A DNA stretch of 41,663 nt from an uncultured Candidatus Saccharibacteria bacterium (GCA_964563715.1 CAZLXA010000005.1:1-41663); one strand, 5' to 3'. Shown: positions 1 through 10,267, numbered from the stretch's first letter. The notes: generated by a model from the sequence alone, not told the origin. Numbers and translations: made by a program.

Positions 1-290
1 GTATTGTTTCTAAACTTAGTAATTACTTTCATCTTACCTTTTTCTTCACTAAGATTAGATATTAGTACATTCCCTAAACTATCACATTCAAAGTATGCTT
101 TGATATAAGCACTATCAGCAGGAGTTACTATTGTATCATATTTAGTAACTGTACTTTCTTTATAAACTATACTATCAACTTTAACATATTGAGTAGCTAC
201 AGTTTGTTTAGTCCTACAACTAAATAGTAATACAAGTGTTCCACTACATATTACTAGTACAATTAATTTAAGTGTTACTTTCAAATTCAT
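1..290 (-). CDS. Lipoprotein, putative spanin-like lysis protein (runs off the window start)
   Basis: Not in the ORF track. Manual translation from ATG 290 gives MNLKVTLKLIVLVICSGTLVLLFSC-RTKQ...PADSAYIKAYFECDSLGNVL, a hydrophobic signal plus lipobox LFSC. Overlaps the end of the holin-like gene. Confidence 0.6.
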   Translation of the reverse strand, partial: MNLKVTLKLIVLVICSGTLVLLFSCRTKQTVATQYVKVDSIVYKESTVTKYDTIVTPADSAYIKAYFECDSLGNVLISNLSEEKGKMKVITKFRNN

Positions 291-483
291 TACATTTGTT
301 TTTATTTAATGCAGCACCCAACACTCTACCTGTAATCATAAATACTGCTGAAGGAATACCTATTTCAAAATAAATAGGTTCTTTTGTAATCCAACTTAAA
401 GCAATAGAACACAACATAAGTATAACCCCTATAATAGTAGTAGAGGTTATACTAAGTTTTACTGATACACTACATTTTGTCAT
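268..483 (-). CDS. Holin-like small membrane protein
   Basis: 71 aa, two hydrophobic segments, polar C-terminal tail, adjacent to a lipoprotein at the distal end of the late operon. Confidence 0.55.
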   Translation of the reverse strand: MTKCSVSVKLSITSTTIIGVILMLCSIALSWITKEPIYFEIGIPSAVFMITGRVLGAALNKNKCNEFESNT

Positions 484-1196
484 TACCAGTATATTTTATA
501 CTTACGTTCTGTATCTTTTGAATTAGAATTAGCTAATACATCAGTCTTAAGTTTAAGTATAAAGTAACCTTGTGCTACATCTGCTTTAGAGAATCTAATA
601 CTACAAGCATTAAGATAAACTTGTAATTGCTTATTCTTTGATAGTTTAAGTACAGCTTTAGTTTCACTAAGTTCAGGAGTAAAGTATCCAGTAGTCCATT
701 TAGGAGTAAGTTTCTTATATGGTATTAATTGAGCAAAAGTCATAGACTTTGTAATTAAAGGTGTAGTAATCTTTAATTCTGTAATCTCAGGCCATTCAGG
801 ATTAAGACTGTAATAAAGATTATCTTTTACATCTAATACATGATCTGTTTCTGCAAATATAGCATTTATATCACACTGACCAAGATAAGTTGAATCAAGT
901 TTAAGTTCTGTCATACCACCATCTCTAAGAACTCCCCAATAGACTGTTTCATCTTCAAGAAACCCATTCTTTACAGGTACAGTATTATCGTTAGCAAACG
1001 CCATAGCAAATCCCATAGTTGATTTACTATACTTCATTGCATTTGCATAATAATCATCTCCAATCTTAAACATTGAATAAACTTCATCACCTGTTTTATA
1101 CCAGCTATTATCTACTGGATTAATAATGTAATTCTTCATTGGGAAATTACCATTATTATAACACAAAGGTCTGTTTACTGTTGTTGAATTTTCCAT
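483..1196 (-). CDS. Hypothetical protein
   Basis: 237-aa ORF, coupled to the next gene (TAATG overlap). Confidence 0.75.
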   Translation of the reverse strand: MENSTTVNRPLCYNNGNFPMKNYIINPVDNSWYKTGDEVYSMFKIGDDYYANAMKYSKSTMGFAMAFANDNTVPVKNGFLEDETVYWGVLRDGGMTELKLDSTYLGQCDINAIFAETDHVLDVKDNLYYSLNPEWPEITELKITTPLITKSMTFAQLIPYKKLTPKWTTGYFTPELSETKAVLKLSKNKQLQVYLNACSIRFSKADVAQGYFILKLKTDVLANSNSKDTERKYKIYW

Positions 1197-1232
1197 TTTA
1201 TTATTTATTAGTTATATTATATTTATAAAACA

Positions 1233-1670
1233 CTATTTTGCTATTACTTCAAATTCTTCTGTTCTAGAACTTATTACTATTTCTCTTATAGGATTAATTT
1301 TATAAGTCCATGTAATTACAAGATAATATTTACCAGGACTTACAAATTCAGGAATGGTAATGTCATGATTCCATACTTCATAATCACCTTTAGGTAAAAA
1401 TGAAGCTACATCTGAAAAGTTTATCTGAACGTGATTAACAAGTTGATGATTTGCTCTTGCTGGAACATTCATAAGTTTATGATATTCTACAAAGTATCTA
1501 ACTCTTTCACCTTGTTTAATTATCTTATTCTCAACAGGAAATGGAACATTACCAAGACTTGCAGGTTCAAAAGGATAAAATAATAAATATCCTATGTACC
1601 CAGATAGTACCAATGTAAACACTATGATTATCATTGATAAACGATAGATTATCTTCTCTTTATTATTCAT
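1233..1670 (-). CDS. Membrane-anchored protein with a beta-rich (Ig-like) extracytoplasmic domain
   Basis: N-terminal TM helix followed by beta-strand pattern ...PGKYYLVITWTYKINPIREI. Confidence 0.6.
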   Translation of the reverse strand: MNNKEKIIYRLSMIIIVFTLVLSGYIGYLLFYPFEPASLGNVPFPVENKIIKQGERVRYFVEYHKLMNVPARANHQLVNHVQINFSDVASFLPKGDYEVWNHDITIPEFVSPGKYYLVITWTYKINPIREIVISSRTEEFEVIAK

Positions 1671-1672
1671 AA

Positions 1673-1939
1673 TTATTGAGGAAATATTAATTTCATTATT
1701 GCATATCCAGCACCCATTAACACAAGTCCAACTAATCCAAATACAATACTTCTTATAGGTATAAGTTTTTCATCAAATAACTTACAAGAAGCATCAAATT
1801 CTGTTTTAGTTATAAAGCTATCTTTTAGATTACCTTTAATCTCCTTAACATCAATTTCCATAATTTTCAACTTCTCGTCCATCCTCGCAAGTATGGTTTC
1901 AATGCTTTCTTCTCTCATATTGTCTTGTTCTTTATTCAT
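1673..1939 (-). CDS. Coiled-coil protein with C-terminal TM helix (holin/XhlA-like)
   Basis: LARMDEKLKIMEIDVKEIK heptad region plus TM IVFGLVGLVLMGAGYAIM. Confidence 0.5.
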   Translation of the reverse strand: MNKEQDNMREESIETILARMDEKLKIMEIDVKEIKGNLKDSFITKTEFDASCKLFDEKLIPIRSIVFGLVGLVLMGAGYAIMKLIFPQ

Positions 1940-1958
1940 TTTTAGTTAAATTAACTTA

Positions 1959-4900
1959 CTAAAGTAAATTAAACATTCCACCACTTTTATTTGCCATCAC
2001 CCAATTAGTATTATTACTTGGATACTCAACTATTGCTGCATTGTTGTAACTACAATATGCTCCTGTTGTTAATGCTGCCCATGCTGAATTATCAGTAACA
2101 TTAGTTATTGCAGTACCATCAGCATAATGAGTAGTTTTAAGATTAGAAGTTAACCAAGTTTGAGTGCCAATAGTTACTATTCCATATTTATTACCATCAA
2201 TGTCAGTAATAATACCAGATGCGGGAATTGAATCTACAATGCAGCGAACTGAATTACCATATACTTTACTAACATTATCAGTAACTAATGTAGCAAGAGT
2301 ATTATTTAAGTCAGTAAATGCGGCACTTGAAGTATTTGCTTGTGTTGAAGTCCAAAATAATTCCCTTAATAAAATATTAGAATAAGCTCCCGATAAATGT
2401 CTATATCCACTACCAAATGCAAAAAACCTACTACTATTATCTGCACCAGTATTAGGAGTAGCCCAAAAGATAGGATTAATACTTTTCAACTTCCCACCAC
2501 TTACAGAATGTCCACCTAAATAAGCACTCAACGTAGCCCACTCAGTAGAAGTAGGAATATGACAACCTGCTGGGGCTAATACTTTATCATTTGTAGTACC
2601 ATCAATTCCTGCAACAGCATACCAATTATAAAGTAGTCCATTACCCATTGGAGGTAATGCAGCACTTCCATTTCCTGCATAGAATTTACTTGCTGGTGCT
2701 GTTGAATAATGTAAATAAACCCAATCTAATTGTGGGTCAGGACTACCTGCTGTTAAAGCAAATGTATGTACTGCTGCTGTTGGACTTGTTATAGTGATAG
2801 GATTTGCTTGTGTTCCTATTGCTGTTAGCTTACCTACTGTTTGAGTTACACCATTAACAGGTCTTACTTTACGTCCTGCATCAATTATAAGTTCTGCAAA
2901 GGTATTAGCACCTTGAATGTCAAAATAACCTGTGTGAGAACCAGAGAATTGTACTTTGTTGTAGGTTTTACCACCACCTGAAAATGTTAAAATATCACTC
3001 CCTAATGCTGGATTAGCTATAATTGTAGAATTTTCTGCATAAAATGTTGTAGCAACAGCTATTGACATAATATTTCCAGCATTTTTAACACAAGAATAAA
3101 TGCCATTCCCCATAAATAACGTTCCAGCAGTAGTTTGGAAACCATTTCCAGTATAATTATAATCATTAAAATCAAAAGTACCAATGATTAAATTAAAGCA
3201 AGTAGCAGCGCTAAGTGTTAAAGTAAAATTTGATTTATTTGTGTAAGTTCCATTTATTGCATTAACATTAATACTATACAAAGTTTTATCATACAAATTC
3301 AAATTATAACTACCCCTACCCATCAATGTTCTTGTAAAATTCCCACTCGGAGTAATATTACTTCCCAATATCAAACTTCCATAAATCTCAACTGCATTAG
3401 CAAGAGCAGTAGTCACTGCCTGATTAACTGCACTAAAATCACTTGAACCTTTTCTTGGTACATCAATAGTTAATGTAGAACTTCCAGAGAATGAATTTGC
3501 ATCAAATATTGCACTGTCTTGTGGTAATGGTACTCTACCTGCTCCACCACCTCCATTAGTTGCGAGAAACCATTTAGTTGCATCTTTCCATGTACAAGCA
3601 CCAGAGGTATGTTTGTAATATTGTGTTGCAGCAGTAGTAAATGTTATTCCTGTATTACCACCACAATTACCACTACCACCAGTTATTGCAGATAAATCAA
3701 CAGCATTTGCCATTGCAATATCTCTGAAATCACAATAACTTGCTACTACACTTGCTGCTGTTATTGTTCTGGCTGTGCCTATTACTGAACTTGCAACTAA
3801 AAGACGATAGTTTGTTGAATTGTTTCCATTGATAGTCAAAACTCCATTAACAACAATATTTCCAGAAAATGGTAAATATTTTACTGCTGCAATACTATTA
3901 CAAGTAAAGTTGTTACAAGTAAAATTTTCAACACTGCCAGAAGCTCCTTCTGATGAACCTACTCCATTGTAAACTACATTATAAATACTATATGATGTAG
4001 AAGGTAATCGTAAATAAGTACTTGCTGTTATAGTAGAAGTACCAGCATTTAATGTAAATGTAGTTCCAGCAGCACAAAATATACTTCCAGTAAAATTAGA
4101 ACTACCAAGATTTAATGTTCTCGCTCCTGTAACTGTATCAGTTCTTAGTATATCTATTACTATTGTTTGATTATTAGTAGTCCATATCCCTCTTGATAAA
4201 TAAACAGGCACAATTGCAGTAAATCCATCATAATTTGTAACGGTATCTGTCGTATTAACACAATCAATGTACCATTTATTCCAAGTATGTACTGCTTTAC
4301 CATTAGTTCTTATTGTTCCAGTACCTTTCTGATACATATAGGCTATACCAGTTAGATTCCATGTAAGTAATGATGCGTGTTCTGTTAGATTACCATAACA
4401 GTTAAATACTACTGTACTACTTGATATTGTAATTGCATTAGTAGTTAATCCACTTGCATCAAATGAAGCACATGAAGCGGCAGTACCAGCTATTGTAATA
4501 GTTCCTGTGCCTGAATTAGCATCTATTATTGCATCTACTGTGGATGATGGGAAAGAGGTTACTTCTTTGATGGAAATATCGTCTATATGACACGATGTTG
4601 TACCTGTACCTGTGTAAATAGAAAATTGTGTTCCCTGAGAAACAAGATAAACTTCTTTTGCACCGTCTGAATTAAAATTACCAAATAGATTATAATTGTC
4701 TGAAGCCCTAACATAACCACTTGTGTAATTAGAAATTGTGAAAGTAACTTTATAGGCTTTACCTGATGCAATAAGTGAATTTCTTAATATTATTTTAGTA
4801 TTTGTTGGACAACTAACAACTTTTAATACCCCATCAGCAACAGAAACTGTTGCATCTTTTGTCCAATATCCAGTATCACTACTAAAATCTCTATCAGCAG

Positions 4901-5015
4901 CAGTTGTAATTAATTCACTTCCTAAAGTATCAGCACCAGTACCACCACTTGTACTACTCCAATTTAATGGATTATTCCAATCTCTTGTATTATTATTTAT
5001 TAAATATGCTGGCAT
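1959..5015 (-). CDS. Tail fibre / receptor-binding protein with a C-terminal Fibrobacter succinogenes major paralogous (FISUMP)-like domain
   Basis: 1018 aa, T/S/G/N-rich beta repeats; two W..T.GG.G...P....AI.DANS motifs; C-terminal GLLYNWYAV, HIPTSTEW, GGKLK, FWTST, SVRCI and DIDGNKY..VTIGTQTW motifs. Confidence 0.75.
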   Translation of the reverse strand: MPAYLINNNTRDWNNPLNWSSTSGGTGADTLGSELITTAADRDFSSDTGYWTKDATVSVADGVLKVVSCPTNTKIILRNSLIASGKAYKVTFTISNYTSGYVRASDNYNLFGNFNSDGAKEVYLVSQGTQFSIYTGTGTTSCHIDDISIKEVTSFPSSTVDAIIDANSGTGTITIAGTAASCASFDASGLTTNAITISSSTVVFNCYGNLTEHASLLTWNLTGIAYMYQKGTGTIRTNGKAVHTWNKWYIDCVNTTDTVTNYDGFTAIVPVYLSRGIWTTNNQTIVIDILRTDTVTGARTLNLGSSNFTGSIFCAAGTTFTLNAGTSTITASTYLRLPSTSYSIYNVVYNGVGSSEGASGSVENFTCNNFTCNSIAAVKYLPFSGNIVVNGVLTINGNNSTNYRLLVASSVIGTARTITAASVVASYCDFRDIAMANAVDLSAITGGSGNCGGNTGITFTTAATQYYKHTSGACTWKDATKWFLATNGGGGAGRVPLPQDSAIFDANSFSGSSTLTIDVPRKGSSDFSAVNQAVTTALANAVEIYGSLILGSNITPSGNFTRTLMGRGSYNLNLYDKTLYSINVNAINGTYTNKSNFTLTLSAATCFNLIIGTFDFNDYNYTGNGFQTTAGTLFMGNGIYSCVKNAGNIMSIAVATTFYAENSTIIANPALGSDILTFSGGGKTYNKVQFSGSHTGYFDIQGANTFAELIIDAGRKVRPVNGVTQTVGKLTAIGTQANPITITSPTAAVHTFALTAGSPDPQLDWVYLHYSTAPASKFYAGNGSAALPPMGNGLLYNWYAVAGIDGTTNDKVLAPAGCHIPTSTEWATLSAYLGGHSVSGGKLKSINPIFWATPNTGADNSSRFFAFGSGYRHLSGAYSNILLRELFWTSTQANTSSAAFTDLNNTLATLVTDNVSKVYGNSVRCIVDSIPASGIITDIDGNKYGIVTIGTQTWLTSNLKTTHYADGTAITNVTDNSAWAALTTGAYCSYNNAAIVEYPSNNTNWVMANKSGGMFNLL

Positions 5016-5272
5016 TACTTATTCTTTTTAGGGTTAGCAACCTTACTTCCATTAACAATACACTTACAGCCTTTAACAGTAAATATAGCAACATCTCCAA
5101 TGATTTCAGCACATTCTACATCTTCATCAATGAGTATTACTGAACCATCCTCAAATTCTACCTTATCTGTCTTTTTTGGTTTATTCTCTTTGTTTTTATT
5201 ACCTTTTTTGGTATCAGAGAATCCATCAGACCATCTACCATTCTTTGTAAGTTTACAATGTTTCTTTCCCAT
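5015..5272 (-). CDS. Small basic hypothetical protein
   Basis: 85 aa, Lys-rich N-terminus, coupled to both neighbours. Confidence 0.6.
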   Translation of the reverse strand: MGKKHCKLTKNGRWSDGFSDTKKGNKNKENKPKKTDKVEFEDGSVILIDEDVECAEIIGDVAIFTVKGCKCIVNGSKVANPKKNK

Positions 5273-5712
5273 TATTCAATGTCCTCCACAAAACAAAGTG
5301 TATCATTTTCAACATTTTCAAATACAAAGTAACCTATTCCAGCTTCCTTTAAATCTTTCCAAAAGGTTTCAGTTGGATTAGTAATAAGCTGTTTTAGACT
5401 TTCTGCTTTATCAGGGTAATCAACAAATACTCTGTCAATTTCAGCAGTTACAACATCAGGATAAGTAGTAATACCTAACATCAGATATTCTTTAGTCCTT
5501 TCAATAATGTTGTTTATCGAGTTACTACTAAAGAAATCATTAACTAAGGCATTAACTCCATTAAGCACATATTCATCAATGTTCTCTGGTGAATGATTCT
5601 CATCAAACTGATAGAAGTCAGCAACAAGTAATACATTCATACTTGCTGTACTAACATCAATAGTCCCATCACCTGTTAGTTGAAGCCACTTATTGTATCT
5701 TTGTGTTGCCAT
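5272..5712 (-). CDS. Putative tail-associated protein
   Basis: 146 aa; N-terminus MATQRYNKW...GTIDVSTASMNVLLV resembles small phage virion proteins; operon context. Confidence 0.5.
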   Translation of the reverse strand: MATQRYNKWLQLTGDGTIDVSTASMNVLLVADFYQFDENHSPENIDEYVLNGVNALVNDFFSSNSINNIIERTKEYLMLGITTYPDVVTAEIDRVFVDYPDKAESLKQLITNPTETFWKDLKEAGIGYFVFENVENDTLCFVEDIE

Positions 5713-5713
5713 A

Positions 5714-6280
5714 TTATACTTCTTGTGCTAATCCAACTAAATTAAATTTAGTACTAGCTGCATGATATACAAATCCAAATGTAGTTCTCTTACTTGCTAT
5801 CAAAGTAGAAGGTAAAGCTAATCCACCTTTAGCTTCAAATTTATTACCATAAGTCAATGCTCTTGCTGTACCATCACAAGTTACAGATACTACAAACTTT
5901 TCTCCACCAACATAACTTGTTACTGTAGGATTAGCAAAATCTAAAGCTGCTGCTTGTGCTGTAATCTCATAGTAATCATAAGTAGTATAATCTAAAGTAA
6001 GAGTACCTGGAGTTCCTGCAATACTAGTAGTAGTATATATTCTAGGAGTATTTATGTTCTTTTTAAAATTAGTTAAACTAATACTTGCTAAATCAGCATT
6101 ATTAGATGTTGCTGAAAAAGGAATATAGTCTGCATCAGCAATTGCTCTTTGATTAGCAGCAATTAGATCTCCTATAGTTTCAGCAGTAGGTGGAGTAACA
6201 GATACACTTTCAGCTGGAATAACATCACTTTTCATCCAGAACCATCTACTTAATTGTTTTGCTAAATATTTTATATCCAT
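5714..6280 (-). CDS. Tail fibre-like protein
   Basis: 188 aa; C-terminal beta domain (ANPT...GEKF...DGTARALTYGNKF...LPSTLIASK) typical of fibre modules. Confidence 0.6.
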   Translation of the reverse strand: MDIKYLAKQLSRWFWMKSDVIPAESVSVTPPTAETIGDLIAANQRAIADADYIPFSATSNNADLASISLTNFKKNINTPRIYTTTSIAGTPGTLTLDYTTYDYYEITAQAAALDFANPTVTSYVGGEKFVVSVTCDGTARALTYGNKFEAKGGLALPSTLIASKRTTFGFVYHAASTKFNLVGLAQEV

Positions 6281-6286
6281 AGTTTA

Positions 6287-7678
6287 TTATGTTAATGTTG
6301 TACTTAACCAGTTATCATTAGTAGATGTTAAATCAGTAGCATTACATACCCAAAGTTTACTACTCTCAAAGAATGTTTGTGCTTCTTCTCCAGGAGTACC
6401 ATCTACTCCACCTGATAAAGCTGTAGCACTTCCAGCCCAAGATAAGTTAGTTCCACTTTTTCTAATGTTTGTACCAGTACCTATAATACCTTTAGTTTTA
6501 TATGTACAACTCATTGTAGCTGCTGTAAGTTTAGCTGCTGTACAAGTAGGATGTACTTCTGTTAATGTTCCATATTCAGTACCTGGTGTCCCATTATCTG
6601 CAATAGCTGCAACTAAATTATCAATAAATGTTTCAGCTGTAGTACAATAAATATCATTAGCTGCTTCTGGATCAATTCCTCCACTTAGTTCAGTTGCTCC
6701 TTCAAACCATACACTAGCTACATCATCTAGACTTTTAGCTAAAGCTATATCATTTCCTGCAAAACCTAATGTTTTAGCTGTTATTGTTACATTTTGAGTA
6801 TCTACTTTACTAGCTGAAACTGTAGTATGTGCAACTGTTCCTGTACCTACAACTCCTGCACTATATCCAGTATTTATTGCAATAACTAAGTTATTAATAC
6901 AAGCACTTGTACCACCACCACGATAAACATCATTTGCTGCTTGTGCATCTATACCACCTGTGAAATAATCTCCTTCTGTATCCCATGATAAATTAACACA
7001 ATCTAATAATCTAAAAAAACTGTTGCCTGCAAATCCTACACTATTAGCTGTTATTGTAACTACAAATGCAGAAGTATTAACTGCTGTTACTGCAACATCT
7101 GGCACTGCTGTTCCTGCAAAATAATCAGATCCTGCAATACCTGTTCCATTAATAGCTTTGAATAATCTGGTCATTGTAACTTCTGCTGTACTAATAGCAA
7201 TATCATTAGCTTGAGAAGGAGAGTCTTTTAATCTATATACTCTAGTGCCAATAGTTACTGTATCACCATCTGTAGGGGCAGTTTCATCACTGGTTAATAC
7301 AGCAGAAGCAGCAACTCCAGCACCTAAAGCATCTACTCTAAATTTATAAACTACTCCACCTATTGTAATAGTATCACCTTCTAATGGATTAGAGTTTAAA
7401 TATAGATTCTTACTAGCTGCCACACCTACTCCTAGTGCATCTAATCTAGCTTTATAGGTTACATCGTCTATAGTTACTGTATCACCTTCAGCTGGAGTAT
7501 TAGATACTGTTAATACTTTACTAGCTGCTACTGCATTAACTGGAGTAAATATAGGTAATATAACACTAGATTCTATTTCAGATGGTAATTGTTCTACATC
7601 TGTAGATAATGTAGTAATCTGTTCCTGTAAGAGTTCTATATTTGATTTAGGGAATTTCCTACTAAGTTTTGTTTTCAT
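6287..7678 (-). CDS. Virion protein with three nested repeats of a GDTVTI..V.Y / NL..AIN / G..GN / SGG.D domain
   Basis: 463 aa; three N-half repeats followed by three C-half repeats. Confidence 0.7.
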   Translation of the reverse strand: MKTKLSRKFPKSNIELLQEQITTLSTDVEQLPSEIESSVILPIFTPVNAVAASKVLTVSNTPAEGDTVTIDDVTYKARLDALGVGVAASKNLYLNSNPLEGDTITIGGVVYKFRVDALGAGVAASAVLTSDETAPTDGDTVTIGTRVYRLKDSPSQANDIAISTAEVTMTRLFKAINGTGIAGSDYFAGTAVPDVAVTAVNTSAFVVTITANSVGFAGNSFFRLLDCVNLSWDTEGDYFTGGIDAQAANDVYRGGGTSACINNLVIAINTGYSAGVVGTGTVAHTTVSASKVDTQNVTITAKTLGFAGNDIALAKSLDDVASVWFEGATELSGGIDPEAANDIYCTTAETFIDNLVAAIADNGTPGTEYGTLTEVHPTCTAAKLTAATMSCTYKTKGIIGTGTNIRKSGTNLSWAGSATALSGGVDGTPGEEAQTFFESSKLWVCNATDLTSTNDNWLSTTLT

Positions 7679-7696
7679 TATTATTATATTTAATTA

Positions 7697-8293
7697 TTAA
7701 CCTATATATCCATGAACTCCTATAAGAAAATCTATAGTAGCATTGTTAGTAGCATTTTTAGCTTGCATCCATACTTTGTCTGTGCCTATTGTAATTCTAG
7801 GCATCATAATAGGAACAATAATATCTATACTACCACCTTGTGCTGCATCTGCAATAATTGGAAATGTACTATATTGACCTGCTGTTATAGCATCAGCCAT
7901 AGTACCTGTACCATAAACTAATCTAAGATACCATAGTGTAGTTACAGAAGATGCTGTAATAAACATATTATGAATATCCATTTTAACATAAGGTACTGCA
8001 TTAGGAGGAGTTGCAATGGTGTCATTTACTCCCCATACTAAAGCTTCATCATTTGCATCTGCCCCAAATGTAGCATTACCAGATATAGCTTGAAAAGAAC
8101 CAACCATACCAGAATCACTTATTGATTTAGCCCAAGGATTTACACCAGATTGATCTGCTGATTTACCATACCATCTTTGTACATTATGAAAATGCTTTTC
8201 TATTTCATGTCCTCTATAAGCAAGAGAATTTACAACTCCTAATAAACCAAGAGTTGCTTGACTATCTATTTTTGAAACATTATTATATGCCAT
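7697..8293 (-). CDS. Putative structural (tail) protein
   Basis: 198-aa beta-rich ORF in the tail cluster. Confidence 0.55.
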   Translation of the reverse strand: MAYNNVSKIDSQATLGLLGVVNSLAYRGHEIEKHFHNVQRWYGKSADQSGVNPWAKSISDSGMVGSFQAISGNATFGADANDEALVWGVNDTIATPPNAVPYVKMDIHNMFITASSVTTLWYLRLVYGTGTMADAITAGQYSTFPIIADAAQGGSIDIIVPIMMPRITIGTDKVWMQAKNATNNATIDFLIGVHGYIG

Positions 8294-8297
8294 ACTA

Positions 8298-9776
8298 TTA
8301 TTTTATAAAAAAGTTAGTACCATCTGTATATACATCTATTGCTTGATAGTTATCACTCATAACATAAGTAGCTGCACCATCTATTGTTTCACTTCCTTGT
8401 GTTTGTATTGTAATATTATTAGTAGCACAAAGTCCACCAGCATCTTTAATAGTTAATACATGAGTATTACTTAATAGATTAGTCATTAATTGTAAATTAG
8501 TAACTGCACCTGTTGAAGTATATGTTACATGAAGTAATTGATCTGTTGGTAATACATTGTAAGTTGCTGCATCTACTACAGTAAGCTTAGATAAGTTTAA
8601 ATCTTGTTTAACTATTAGCATAGTAACAGTAATATCAGAACTATTCCAATCAGCACTAGTTAACCATATTTCTTTTATTAATGATGAATTAACTACTTTA
8701 GTATATAAAACACCAGTTGTTAAAAGTACACTTGCATCTATATCACTTGCAGTAGATGTACTACCATAATCTAAAGTTATTTCTTTAGTTGATTCGCTTG
8801 TAATACTATAAAGTAAATAACCATATGGAATATCAATAGATAGTTTACCATTAGCTGATATTACAGTAGGAGTTAACGTTTTATTAATACGATTACTTGT
8901 AATTGTAATATCTGTATTATCTCCGATATGTGGTATTATATGAGCGAAATCTCCTTGCTCTAATAAAACATGATAAACATAATCTCCACCAAATCCAAGA
9001 AATTCAACAGGATTAGTAGAACTATCAATTTTTATAACTTCATATTTATAATCTAAAAATACTTGAGCAGCAAAATTAAACTGTAATAATGCACTTGTTG
9101 CATCTAGTAATGTTACTTTCTGAAATCTTGAAATTGCTCCACTAGATGCTAATGTTGCTTTACTAAATGCTTTTTCAGAACCTATCTTTTCAAAGTCTAA
9201 CCATGTTACTGTAGGATCAGAAACATCAGCAGGATCACTACTAATATTAGGTGTTCCTAGTGTAGTAAATACCCATTGAGAATTTCTATATACATCTCCA
9301 CTAAGTATTCTGAATATTAATCCCACAATATTATCATCTATTGTTCCATCAAATAAAGGATGTCTAGTCCAATGTCCAGATGTATTAACTATCCACAACC
9401 CATTCATGTGAGGTAATTGAGCATTAACAACAAGAAGAGTTTGTCCTGTTGTCATTGCTACACCATCTTCTGTTATATTCCCATAATAATAATGTCCACT
9501 ATGAGATTCACCAGGAGTAGTATCCATACATAGAACATCTACAAAGAATACTCCATCATATATTCTAGCTTTCCAAGTTGCTCCATCTAGATATATTTGC
9601 CAAGTTACTGAATTGTCTGCATCGTTAACTAGCAAACCTTCTTTTAATACATCTGTTGCAGCTAACAATTCTGCTACATCAACAAATGTTTCATTTGTAC
9701 CAACTATAGTTCTAGGATCTAAACTTCTACCATCAGCAACTATTAATGGTGCACTTGTTATTAAAGTATCTAACAT
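8298..9776 (-). CDS. Tail fibre protein
   Basis: 492 aa; DG..MTTGQTLLVVNAQ...NGLW...WTR and C-terminal IKDAGG..ATNNITI...GSETIDG fibre motifs. Confidence 0.7.
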   Translation of the reverse strand: MLDTLITSAPLIVADGRSLDPRTIVGTNETFVDVAELLAATDVLKEGLLVNDADNSVTWQIYLDGATWKARIYDGVFFVDVLCMDTTPGESHSGHYYYGNITEDGVAMTTGQTLLVVNAQLPHMNGLWIVNTSGHWTRHPLFDGTIDDNIVGLIFRILSGDVYRNSQWVFTTLGTPNISSDPADVSDPTVTWLDFEKIGSEKAFSKATLASSGAISRFQKVTLLDATSALLQFNFAAQVFLDYKYEVIKIDSSTNPVEFLGFGGDYVYHVLLEQGDFAHIIPHIGDNTDITITSNRINKTLTPTVISANGKLSIDIPYGYLLYSITSESTKEITLDYGSTSTASDIDASVLLTTGVLYTKVVNSSLIKEIWLTSADWNSSDITVTMLIVKQDLNLSKLTVVDAATYNVLPTDQLLHVTYTSTGAVTNLQLMTNLLSNTHVLTIKDAGGLCATNNITIQTQGSETIDGAATYVMSDNYQAIDVYTDGTNFFIK

Positions 9777-9787
9777 ATATTTTTAAT

Positions 9788-10267
9788 TTAAACAGGATAT
9801 AAAACAAACCAATTATTACTTACAAGTAGGGGTGCTAAATTAGTATAACAATAGTATGTATACTTGTATCCGTTACTAAGAGTTACATCTCTTTCTACTG
9901 TAAAATTAAAATTCATAGGAAAAAAGTTATCGGGAGATGTACTATTAGAAAAATGATCATAATCTGGAAAATCTGGATTCTTTTCTGGTATTAAAACCCA
10001 AGCATAAACCTTTTGAGTAAACAATGTAGCAAACCATCTAGTATACCAATCTAAATACACAGCAGAATATACAGTTGACCCAGGAGGATAATAAGTACTA
10101 GGACTAAGAGTTATTGCTGCACCTTTTCCTGATGCAGAAGACCCAGCTACACCTAAAGTAAAAGCATTTTCTTCTCCTCTTGATCCAAAAGGAACAGTAT
10201 TATAAAAGAACCCAATATATGCAGTTTCTCTAATACCTGCATGTAAACCATAAGGAATTGGTAGCAT
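9788..10267 (-). CDS. Putative tail-fibre-associated protein
   Basis: 159 aa, aromatic-rich, between two fibre genes. Confidence 0.5.
   Translation of the reverse strand: MLPIPYGLHAGIRETAYIGFFYNTVPFGSRGEENAFTLGVAGSSASGKGAAITLSPSTYYPPGSTVYSAVYLDWYTRWFATLFTQKVYAWVLIPEKNPDFPDYDHFSNSTSPDNFFPMNFNFTVERDVTLSNGYKYTYYCYTNLAPLLVSNNWFVLYPV

Noticed and set aside
1959-2645. Diversity-generating retroelement target
   Set aside because: No reverse transcriptase or template repeat in the window; cannot be excluded elsewhere in the genome
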